Shown here: positions 1-7,536 of the stretch, one piece after another | Position numbering within the stretch: position 1 is the first letter of the stretch | Layout: each line of letters starts with the position of its first letter | Source: Fibrobacterota bacterium | GTDB taxonomy: Bacteria; Fibrobacterota; Fibrobacteria; UBA11236 | DNA length: 17,339 nucleotides | Assembly (NCBI GenBank): GCA_043753995.1 | Contig: JAYUVP010000283.1 | Span: forward strand, 1-17,339 | Direction of reading: 5' to 3' | The notes under the pieces: model-generated | The model's database searches: none | Seen by the model: only the letters and a program-made list of their open reading frames with translations | Told to the model about the DNA's origin: nothing | Program-made: the position numbers and the translations under genes

Positions 1-280
1 CCAAGTACTCGGTGACCATTTTTAAAGATTGGTTGAGGTTGTCGGGCTTGCCGGTCCAAATCAATTTCCATTCTTTTGTAGGGTAGGGTTTATCGGTCAC
101 TTGAATAGTTAGCGCATTGTCTCGCCCGTCAAATGTAAGGATAAAGGTTTTGCCTTTCGCTCGGAAAGCGACATAACCCGATCCAAAGGCATAGGCGCTG
201 TATCGAAGTTCCAGTAGCTCACTTGGCGTCTGCCCAAAGAGGAGTTCCTGAATCGCCGAATAATGATCAAGAATATTCAC
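1..280 (-). CDS. Hypothetical protein, partial (3' end runs off the window)
   Basis: Not in the ORF track. Manual translation from GTG at 280 gives MNILDHYSAIQELLFGQTPSELLELRYSAYAFGSGYVAFRAKGKTFILTFDGRDNALTIQVTDKPYPTKEWKLIWTGKPDNLNQSLKMVTEYL..., open to base 1. An SD-like AAGGGAG lies about 11 nt upstream. Confidence 0.6.
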   Translation of the reverse strand, partial: MNILDHYSAIQELLFGQTPSELLELRYSAYAFGSGYVAFRAKGKTFILTFDGRDNALTIQVTDKPYPTKEWKLIWTGKPDNLNQSLKMVTEYL

Positions 281-289
281 TTTGATTTC

Positions 290-414
290 AGCTCCCTTGA
301 GAGAGGGTGGGGTAGCGGAGGCCGACCATGCCGAGCGTAGCGGGCACGGAATTGCGGGCCGCAGCGAGGGGCGGGGCCGATGCAGCAAGCGGCCTCGCTC
401 CTTTCAACCAAGCT
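290..414. repeat. GC-rich multi-hairpin intergenic element (REP/MITE-like), copy 1
   Basis: Nested inverted repeats: AGCGAGG 363-369 with CCTCGCT 393-399, and TGCC..AGCGTAGC..GGCA. It shares ordered motifs with 5897-6022 in the opposite orientation. Confidence 0.5.
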
Positions 415-441
415 TTTGAAAAATAAACACCGCCCGGAAAA

Positions 442-915
442 TCAAGCCATACCCATATCCGCCATTCGCTTTTTCATTTCTTCGGGAGTGACGTCTTCGA
501 TATGTGTGGCGAGAGTCCAAATGTGGCCGGAAGGATCTTCAAGAGTGCCGCTGCGATCGCCATAGAATTGATCGGTGACCGGACGGCGTTCCTTGCCGCC
601 TGCGGCGAGGGCTTTGGCGAAAGCGGCGTCGACATTTTCGAGATAGATGCAAAAGCCCGCCGTGGTATTGCCCACGGTTTTGGGGCTGGCCGTCACTGCG
701 TCGGGCATATTTGGAAATTCATCGGCGACCATGATGCGAGAAGAGCCAATTTGCAATTCGCAATGGCCAACAAGATGGCCCGGCATTTCCATGCGATAAA
801 TTTCCTGAGCCCCGAAGGCTTGTTTGTAAAATTCGATGGCCGCCTGGGCGTTCTTAAGCGAGAGATAAGGTGTGACGGAATGATATCCGTCGGGTGTGAA
901 TTTAACTGAAGACAT
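442..915 (-). CDS. VOC (glyoxalase/bleomycin-resistance) family protein, PhnB-like
   Basis: 157 aa with typical motifs PDGYHSVTPYL, AIEFYKQAFGA, H.EL.IG.S.IM.ADE and QFYGDRSGTLEDP.GH.W. Confidence 0.92.
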   Translation of the reverse strand: MSSVKFTPDGYHSVTPYLSLKNAQAAIEFYKQAFGAQEIYRMEMPGHLVGHCELQIGSSRIMVADEFPNMPDAVTASPKTVGNTTAGFCIYLENVDAAFAKALAAGGKERRPVTDQFYGDRSGTLEDPSGHIWTLATHIEDVTPEEMKKRMADMGMA

Positions 916-1031
916 AAAACCTCATGGGGATTAGGGGTTACGGTGCCGTGAGGAAGATACTTGTTGAGGCATTGTCTTGGGACTAATGTTTTTCGGAGAT
1001 TATTTTTGATTGCAGATGGGGTGAACTAGGT

Positions 1032-1634
1032 ATGCCTACCATTACAGAATTGATCGAAAAGCGTTTCGCTTCGCAAGAAGCCATGCGAAAGTGGTTGCTG
1101 GCCAATCACGCCAAGTCCAAAGGTATTTGGATGGTCTTCGCGAAAAAAGGAATGAAGCCAGTGACGGTGAGCTATACCGAAGCGGTAGACGAGGCTTTGT
1201 GCTTCGGTTGGATTGACGGCCAAAAAATGAGTCGTGATGTCTCGACGTATAAGTTGCGATTTACGCCACGATCGCCGCGCAGTATCTGGTCGCAAGTGAA
1301 TCAGAAAAAGGTCGCCGACTTGGAGGCCGCGGGACGCATGCAAGAAGCGGGAAGGGCGGCCATCGCGAATGCCAAGGCCAATGGACAATGGGACAAGGCC
1401 TATGCCTCGCAAAGCAAAGCGCAAGCTCCGGAGGATTTGCTCGCCGCGCTGGCGAGAATCCCCAAGGCCCAAGCCTTTTATGCGACTTTGAAAAGCGCTA
1501 GTCGCTATGCCATCTATTACCGTTTGCAAAGCGTGAAAAAAGCCGAAACGCGCGAGCGCAAGATACGCGAATTTGTGGAAATGCTGGCGCGCGGAGAAGC
1601 ACCGTATTTGTTTACGGAAAAGAAACAAACCTAG
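1032..1634 (+). CDS. YdeI/OmpD-associated family protein
   Basis: 200 aa with motifs WL..NH, V.Y.EAVDEALCFGWIDG, RFTPR..S.WS..N, G.M..AG, P.DL..AL and K..ETR.R.I. Confidence 0.92.
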   Translation: MPTITELIEKRFASQEAMRKWLLANHAKSKGIWMVFAKKGMKPVTVSYTEAVDEALCFGWIDGQKMSRDVSTYKLRFTPRSPRSIWSQVNQKKVADLEAAGRMQEAGRAAIANAKANGQWDKAYASQSKAQAPEDLLAALARIPKAQAFYATLKSASRYAIYYRLQSVKKAETRERKIREFVEMLARGEAPYLFTEKKQT

Positions 1635-1678
1635 CCCAGCACCTTTATTCGAAAAGCCGCCCTTGAGATAAGGCATTC

Positions 1679-2017
1679 GTGATATTTCGTGAATCTAAAA
1701 GCACGCAATGGGCCGATGTTCAAGCCCTATGGCCAGGAAAATTGCCGCATGCAGTGGTGCATATCAATGACATCCTGAATACAGCCGCGGCTTCCGGCAT
1801 CGGCGTGGCCGGTACCATAGGCGGCGGGGGCATGATTCGCTTGACCACCGATAGCCTGAAAATCCGTCGCCTTTATTTTCTTCCCATGCAGCCTAATTCA
1901 AGTGCTGATCCAGCTGGGAAATACCGCTGCCAGGCCGATGCGGACAAATACAATGTCGAAAAGGCGAGTTGGAAAACCAAGCCCGACGCGAGGGCCTGGG
2001 ATATCAGAGTTATTTGA
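1679..2017 (+). CDS. Hypothetical ORF or gene remnant
   Basis: 112-aa GTG-start ORF filling an otherwise empty gap. No recognised family and no clear SD. Confidence 0.25.
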   Translation: MIFRESKSTQWADVQALWPGKLPHAVVHINDILNTAAASGIGVAGTIGGGGMIRLTTDSLKIRRLYFLPMQPNSSADPAGKYRCQADADKYNVEKASWKTKPDARAWDIRVI

Positions 2018-2137
2018 TTTGGGATAAACGTAATAGCAATGGCAATTCAGTTGGCCAAGGGGTTTATATCTGGAGATTGGGATTCACTTTGGATGATGGC
2101 ACGCAGAAGACCCGGGACTTGCGCGCGGGGTTGCTAA

Positions 2138-2187
2138 GGTAGGGATGACATTGTCACGCCTACCCATGACATAATTTGTCACCTACC
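2138..2187. promoter_or_regulatory. Tandem palindromic candidate operator upstream of cynS
   Basis: GGTAGG-GA-TGACA-T-TGTCA-CG-CCTACC-CA-TGACA-TAATT-TGTCA-CCTACC. Confidence 0.5.
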
Positions 2188-2250
2188 GCCATTCTCTGCA
2201 CAATGGCGAGAGAATTCGATATGGTCGGATTTTTGCTTCCAATTGTCGCC

Positions 2251-2694
2251 ATGCAAAAAAAGATCATGACCGAAATGATATTGGCCGCCAAGCGCGAAAA
2301 AATGTGCACCTGGGGCGAATTGGCCAAGCAGGTGGGGTTGTCGGAAGTCTATGTGACCTCGGCCTGCTTGGGTGAAAATGTTTTGTCGGCGCAAGAGGCG
2401 GGCAATTTGATTGCCTATTTGGGTTTGGGAAGCGATGTAGCCGAAGCCTTGACGGTGAACCCCAATAAGGGCGAGCAAGCGCCTACCGTGCCCAAGGAGC
2501 CCTTGGCCTATCGCTTTCAAGAAATCATTTATGTGTATGGCAGCACCCTGAAAGAATTGATCGAGGAAAAATTCGGCCCCGGCATCATGAGCGCTATTGA
2601 CTTCACCATGGACGTGGAAAAAGTTCCCGATCCCAAAGGCGACCGAGTCAAGGTCACCTTGAACGGAAAGTTTTTGGGCTATAAGAAGTGGTAA
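2251..2694 (+). CDS. cynS: Cyanase (cyanate hydratase)
   Basis: N-terminal HTH-like region plus the conserved C-terminus P..YRF.E...YG..LK.LI.EKFG.GIMSAIDF...DPKGDRV..TLNGKFL.Y..W. The ATG at 2251 gives the typical ~147 aa; the TTG at 2176 lies inside the palindrome and is unlikely. Confidence 0.96.
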   Translation: MQKKIMTEMILAAKREKMCTWGELAKQVGLSEVYVTSACLGENVLSAQEAGNLIAYLGLGSDVAEALTVNPNKGEQAPTVPKEPLAYRFQEIIYVYGSTLKELIEEKFGPGIMSAIDFTMDVEKVPDPKGDRVKVTLNGKFLGYKKW

Positions 2695-2778
2695 AAAAGG
2701 GTAGAATCTCTCATTTTCTATCAAAATAACGCACCTGAGGTCGAATAAGGATTGTCCTGGGTCCCCCCTTCCCGTATG

Positions 2779-2802
2779 ATGATTCCGAGCCATCGGAATC
2801 AT
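2779..2802 (+). promoter_or_regulatory. Perfect 10-bp hairpin/palindrome overlapping the cyclase start codon
   Basis: ATGATTCCGA-GCCA-TCGGAATCAT; the last AT is the first two bases of the ATG at 2801. Confidence 0.4.
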
Positions 2803-4375
2803 GCTTTACCGACTTCAAGCCCTCACCCGCTATCTATCCCTGCCGGCTCTTCTCCCGGCACTGCGCAACGTTTTCAATCTCGATTATGGCCTGACGCGAA
2901 GCCTCATGCCGGTATTCGGCGTTTTGGGTTTTCTGGGTTATGTGGTCTTTTATTTCTCAGAGAAGGCCATGGGCTTCAAGGATTGGCTGCCTTTGCGCTT
3001 GCTTTGTATCGTCCTCTCTCTCGGTCTTTTCGTTTGGACGAGAAGGGTGGGAAAGCCGCGCGGTCTTCTGATTTATTGGGAAATCGTGATCTTCGTCATG
3101 TTTCCCATGACCCAGTCCTTTTTATATCTCATCAACCCTGCTGATCCCTATTGGGATTCTTCCAATACTTTTTGGGCCCTATTCCTTGGTATATCCACCA
3201 AGGCCTATTGGTTGCCTTTCCACTTAGTGGCAGGACAAATTGCGGGATATTTTCTGGCCATCGTCATCGACGGCGCGCTCCCAGTAGAAAAATGGCTGCT
3301 ATTGGAATCCCAGCAAGTCACCCTCTTTTTCACTGCCATGGGCGGCTTGGGACTCAAAATCGCTTTGGAGATTTTCCATCGTCGTGGAATGGCTTTGGCC
3401 GGCGTCACAGCCCGAGCCGAAGAGGCGGAGTCCCGCGAAACGGAAATCAAGGCGGCCTATGCTGAGCTAAAACGAAGGGAAGAAGTCATCAAGCGCTTCG
3501 TGCGTCCTTCCCTATTCGAAGAATTGCAAGCAGGCGTGAATCCCATCGACTTCAAACCCGAAACGCGCGATTTGGCGGTAATGTTTTGCGATATTCGTGA
3601 CTTTACCCGGCTGACTGAAACCTTGAGCCCCGAGGACAAGCAAAGCGATTTGAACCGCTATTTCTCCCTGATGACCGGCCCCATCATCGCGAATGGAGGC
3701 GAAGTCGATAAAATCATCGGCGATTGCGTCATGGCTTTATTTCCTGACGGCCGCAAGGCCGTGCGCGCCGCCACCGAAATGCGCATTCAATTGCAGGATT
3801 TCAACCGGGAAATGTTCGCCCAGGGCAAAATGAAAATCCGAAATGGCATTGGCATCGCCAAGGGCAAGGTCATGGTTGGGAATTTTGGATCCTTCGAAAA
3901 ACTAGACCGAACCGTGATTGGAGAAACCGTCAATATCGCGTCGCGATTGGAATCCAAAACCAAGATGTATAACCTGGAAATAGTGGTCACCGAGGACATT
4001 GTCCGCGATTTGGATGGCGACTTGCCGCATCATCGCTGGATAGACATGGTGCAAGTCAAGGGTTCCACCCGTCGCCTTAAAATCTTCGAGGTTTATGGGC
4101 ATCAACCGCATGAGGTCCGCGTCTTTAAGGACGCTACGCGAGACCTTCTGGAAAAGGCCTTGACCATTTATTTCCGCAAGGGATTTCATGATGCTGCCCG
4201 TCTATTCCGGGCCATGCTGGAAAAAGTCCCTCCTCACCGCCATTTGCCGGAAGAATTGATGGACTCGATTTTGCCCTATTATATCGCCCATTGCCATGCC
4301 TGGATCAACGATACCAAGGGCGCATGGCAGGCGGTCGAGCGATGGGAAGGCGTTCACGTCTTTTATGAGAAGTGA
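2801..4375 (+). CDS. Membrane-bound class III (IIIb-type) adenylate cyclase with CqsS/LqsS-like 6TM N-terminal domain and TPR-like C-terminal tail
   Basis: About 6 hydrophobic segments (aa ~36-190), a coiled coil, and a CTE-like KRFVRPSLFEEL. Catalytic motifs are MFCDIRDFT (D264), VDKIIGDC (K304, D308), DRTVIG (T371), VNIASRLE (N378, R382) and VKG. The protein ends WEGVHVFYEK. Confidence 0.93.
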   Translation: MLYRLQALTRYLSLPALLPALRNVFNLDYGLTRSLMPVFGVLGFLGYVVFYFSEKAMGFKDWLPLRLLCIVLSLGLFVWTRRVGKPRGLLIYWEIVIFVMFPMTQSFLYLINPADPYWDSSNTFWALFLGISTKAYWLPFHLVAGQIAGYFLAIVIDGALPVEKWLLLESQQVTLFFTAMGGLGLKIALEIFHRRGMALAGVTARAEEAESRETEIKAAYAELKRREEVIKRFVRPSLFEELQAGVNPIDFKPETRDLAVMFCDIRDFTRLTETLSPEDKQSDLNRYFSLMTGPIIANGGEVDKIIGDCVMALFPDGRKAVRAATEMRIQLQDFNREMFAQGKMKIRNGIGIAKGKVMVGNFGSFEKLDRTVIGETVNIASRLESKTKMYNLEIVVTEDIVRDLDGDLPHHRWIDMVQVKGSTRRLKIFEVYGHQPHEVRVFKDATRDLLEKALTIYFRKGFHDAARLFRAMLEKVPPHRHLPEELMDSILPYYIAHCHAWINDTKGAWQAVERWEGVHVFYEK

Positions 4376-4388
4376 AGGCCTGCTCCGG

Positions 4389-5549
4389 TCAATCGGGACG
4401 CTGAAGGGTCATTAGCCGGTTTCTGCCCAATAAGTCTTTGGCATCGACTTTCAAAAGGCTAGGCCATAACCCTGAAGTGACGTAACCCCCAGGTGACGCC
4501 TGCGAAGCGGTGGAGAAGCTGAGGCCCGAGGACTTGCCGCGGAAGCCTGTGATTCGCTGGCCCACCGACGAGGTCGTGGGTTTGATGCCGCGCAGGGCAT
4601 TACGTACCCAGGTGCCCGAAGGGCTGAGCTGATCGGCCGACCAATTGCCCGTGGCGGGGGAGCCGACCTTCAATGCCGAGGACGATTCGGTGATATTCGA
4701 TAACGACCAATTGGTCCACCATATCCCATTGGCTTGCATGAAATCCAACCAGCGCCGCGCTTCAGCGGTATCTATCATGCCGCCGCCGGTATTTTCACTG
4801 AGGCCGCCTTCGGTGACCATCAGGGCAATGCCGTTTTTCAAGGCCGTGATGGCCTTGTCGCGCAGAAATTGTTTATGCGTCGCGGCATAATAGTGAAGGG
4901 TGTAGACGATATTGGTGCTGCTGGTGATGGGGTTTTTCGAAGCCTCGTCCACCTCTTGAGCCCAGCTTCTCGTGCCGCAGAGAATCAAATTGTCGGGGTC
5001 GATGGCACGTATGGTTTTGATGATTTCCTCGTGATAGGGTTTGATCACGGTTGCCCACGGATGCTCATTGGTCGGTTCATTCCAAGTCTCGTAAATGATA
5101 TTGGGAAGTTGTCCATAGGTCTTGGCGATTTCGGTGAAGAATTCCTTCGCCAGGGAAATGCGCTCATTGGCATTGCCGGTTTCATGCCAGTCGACAATCA
5201 CGTAAACCCCATTGTCGATGGCCGCTTGAATCACGACCTTGGCTTTACGCATTTCTTCGGCGGGATTGGTGTCATAACCCTTGGACGTCACCGCGATGGA
5301 AGGGCGGACCACGGTGCATTTCCAATCATCGACTAACCACTTGACGCATTGGGCATTGTAAAAGGCCGGCATCCACTGACTCCAGTAAATCGCCATGCCA
5401 TTGAAGGCAACGGGGTTATTGTTTTTATCCAAGATGCGATTGCCTTGCACCTTCAATTGGCCGTGAGTCGTGACGACCGCGCTTTGGGCTTGGGCGAGGC
5501 CGGCTAAGAAGGACAGCAAAAGCAACCCGGAGAAATAAACAGTACGCAC
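4389..5549 (-). CDS. Secreted glycoside hydrolase family 5 endoglucanase (GH5_2-like cellulase)
   Basis: Signal peptide (LLLLSFLAGLAQA-Q), HGQL.V.G, YVIVDWH, IIYETWNEP (acid/base), YTLHYYA and LMVTEGG (nucleophile), WTNWS. GTG start with an AAGGGA SD. Confidence 0.95.
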   Translation of the reverse strand: MRTVYFSGLLLLSFLAGLAQAQSAVVTTHGQLKVQGNRILDKNNNPVAFNGMAIYWSQWMPAFYNAQCVKWLVDDWKCTVVRPSIAVTSKGYDTNPAEEMRKAKVVIQAAIDNGVYVIVDWHETGNANERISLAKEFFTEIAKTYGQLPNIIYETWNEPTNEHPWATVIKPYHEEIIKTIRAIDPDNLILCGTRSWAQEVDEASKNPITSSTNIVYTLHYYAATHKQFLRDKAITALKNGIALMVTEGGLSENTGGGMIDTAEARRWLDFMQANGIWWTNWSLSNITESSSALKVGSPATGNWSADQLSPSGTWVRNALRGIKPTTSSVGQRITGFRGKSSGLSFSTASQASPGGYVTSGLWPSLLKVDAKDLLGRNRLMTLQRPD

Positions 5550-5703
5550 GCATTCCCTTTCGATTCGATGGAGAGTGTATTAATAAGGCTTTTTTCCGGA
5601 TTCTGCTGATGATTTGCGGTAAAAGGCCAGGTAAAGTCGGCCTGAGGGCTCAGGCGCCATAAGGAGTTGACGTGGTTTCGGCCTTGGCGTAGTTAATGGG
5701 CGA

Positions 5704-5847
5704 ATGGATGCGCACCGGCTATATGGGCTGGGGCTCGGGTTCATCGACATGCACCTTCTGGCAGCCGCGAAACTGGATGGAATCCTGCTTTGGAGTCGAG
5801 ATAAAGCGCTTCGGAAAGCGGCTGAATCTCTAAAAATCGCCTTTTGA
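5704..5847 (+). pseudogene. vapC: 5'-truncated PIN-domain (VapC-type) toxin remnant
   Basis: Manual translation MDAHRLYGLGLGFIDMHLLAAAKLDGILLWSRDKALRKAAESLKIAF* matches the C-terminal half of VapC PIN toxins (HRLYG.G.G..D.HLLA.A....LW.RDK.L). There is an in-frame TGA at 5668-5670, no N-terminal LVDT motif and no antitoxin. Confidence 0.75.
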
Positions 5848-5896
5848 AAGGAGTCTGCGAAACGCCAATACGTCTGAATTAAGAATGGTTTTTTAC

Positions 5897-6022
5897 GGGG
5901 GGCTCAGCCTCCGGTTCCGGGCCGTCTAAACGCCCCCCAGCCTCGGCCCGCCTTGCTACGATGCCCAAGTCGGCCTCGCCTTCCCCCGACCGAATCGGCC
6001 GGCCCGTGCGGGCGGCTAGGCG
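5897..6022. repeat. GC-rich multi-hairpin intergenic element (REP-like), copy 2
   Basis: GGGGGC...GCCCCC and GCCCG-TG-CGGGC hairpins, with an outer stem CGTCTA..CGCCC / GGGCG..TAGGCG. It shares CGGCCCGC, GCTACG and GTCGGCCTC with the reverse complement of 318-361. Confidence 0.5.
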
Positions 6023-6070
6023 ATGCGATTCTTTTATCTATTTCAAAAACATTCCGTACCTAGAGATCCA

Positions 6071-6847
6071 CTATCTAGGCAAATCAAAAATCTCATATTC
6101 TTTGGTTAGAAAAGGATCCGTTCCTCGAAGGACATAACCGTTTCCATTCCATGTCAGGCGAACCGACTTACCCTCTTCTACCTTTTTTATCCAATCGAAA
6201 TAGCCCGAAGTCTTTTTCTTCGTTACCTGAATGATCGCACGTTCTGAAGGCGTGTCCCGGTTATAGGAGCCATCCTCCTCCGTTTCCCCCGGTAGGTCGG
6301 CCTCAAAAGAAGTGGGGATATTCGCGATCTCCAAAATTTCCGAGGCTTTGATCCGGCAAAGGAGAACGCCTTTCAGGCTAGCATCTCCGGTGGCATAGCC
6401 GCGATGTCGCGAATATCGGATTCCAAAGGCAAATTCATTTGAAGTCATCTGATAGGGGGCGAAATCAAACCCCTCCACACTATCGTCTATCGCGAAGGTG
6501 AACAAGCCGCCAGGGGAGGCCATCACTTTGAATTTGGGCCGAGAAATGTTGAATGCAAAGACTTCATGTTTTGATTCTTCCACATCTTCCTTGGTCAATG
6601 TCACTACAACGACATAGGTTCCTTTGCGTCGGTGCCACTCCTTTCCCTTTAATCCGGTGAACGGAATTTGAAGGCTATCGAGTAAGTGAATGATTTGAGA
6701 TTTGCTCCCTTCATCCAGGGCTTCAAGTCCTTGCCCAGTGGAGGCCGCTCGATTCCCTTGTATCGAATCGGCCCATGCACCAAGTCCAGATAGGGCTACA
6801 GAGAGTGTCAGAACAACTTGCAGAGTAGCTAGGCTCCTTTTTTTCAT
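6071..6847 (-). CDS. Secreted hypothetical protein (weak resemblance to PA3715-like proteins)
   Basis: 258 aa, MKKR plus a hydrophobic signal peptide ending AWA, a DFAPYQMT..EFAFGIR segment, an AGGA SD, and lower GC than the core genes. Confidence 0.75.
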   Translation of the reverse strand: MKKRSLATLQVVLTLSVALSGLGAWADSIQGNRAASTGQGLEALDEGSKSQIIHLLDSLQIPFTGLKGKEWHRRKGTYVVVVTLTKEDVEESKHEVFAFNISRPKFKVMASPGGLFTFAIDDSVEGFDFAPYQMTSNEFAFGIRYSRHRGYATGDASLKGVLLCRIKASEILEIANIPTSFEADLPGETEEDGSYNRDTPSERAIIQVTKKKTSGYFDWIKKVEEGKSVRLTWNGNGYVLRGTDPFLTKEYEIFDLPR

Positions 6848-6882
6848 TTCTTCAAATTCCTAATTCCATTGCCTATTTGATG

Positions 6883-7353
6883 TCACCCGCCTCGGTATAC
6901 GACCGCGAACCTCTCACAGACTACAGGTATATCAAGACTGAATTCGCGTCCGATTCGCTGGCACTCGCGCCCGAAGTACGCTATGTGGGCACCTTGCCAA
7001 TAGGCAAGCGAACTATCTCCTTCGCCTTCGGTCGCCGCGAAGTCGGCGTCTACCTTGGAGAACGGAACGATTTGGACCTCCAAAGTCTCGATAACGCAAA
7101 CAGGTTGACCCGAGAACAGAGTCACGACGCTAAGATCACCTGGCTTGGGAACGAGTTTGCCATCGGCCTCGAAGGCCCATAAAAGCGATGCCGTCGCTCG
7201 CTTTCTTCCGGCAAGGACAAGAGCGGCAAGTTCGTCGGCACTTGGCGCATTATCATCAAAGTGAAAGGCTTCATAGAAACGATTTGTGGGGTCTTGAACC
7301 TGGGTCGAAGCGAAGGCATTCCAAAAGGCATGAATCGAGGGGGGGAGGGTCAT
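6883..7353 (-). CDS. ASCH domain protein (PUA-like, YhfF/Ef3133 type)
   Basis: F.D...ADELAALVLAG.K.ATASL, P..GD..VV, EGEGD.SL.YW...H..YF and VVCERF.V motifs. The ATG at 7353 is preferred over the TTG at 7365. Confidence 0.92.
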   Translation of the reverse strand: MTLPPSIHAFWNAFASTQVQDPTNRFYEAFHFDDNAPSADELAALVLAGRKRATASLLWAFEADGKLVPKPGDLSVVTLFSGQPVCVIETLEVQIVPFSKVDADFAATEGEGDSSLAYWQGAHIAYFGRECQRIGREFSLDIPVVCERFAVVYRGG

Positions 7354-7536
7354 GTGGCGTTCCAATCGAGGTTCGTGTTGCCCAGCGTTTGGGCCAGTGG
7401 GTAGTGATAATACCCGAACAGAGTGCCTTGCAAGTGGTTGGGCGAAGTGGGTCGAGAATGTTTTGGGGGCGGAGCATTCTTCTGAAATTATTGGGTGGAA
7501 TTTTTATGCTACGAGAGTTCAAGAGGTTACGGGCAT

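Noticed and set aside
2040..2112. Sigma-54 promoter candidates (TGGCA...) upstream of cynS
   Set aside because: Neither has GC at the required GG-N10-GC spacing.
2176..2250. Extended cyanase N-terminus from the ORF track
   Set aside because: The TTG start lies inside the palindrome and the extra 25 aa are unlike cyanases. The ATG at 2251 gives the normal length.
6848..6882. Collapsed attC (CATCAAATAGGC) between the ASCH gene and the secreted orphan
   Set aside because: Too short, with no GTT core or pairing; indistinguishable from chance.
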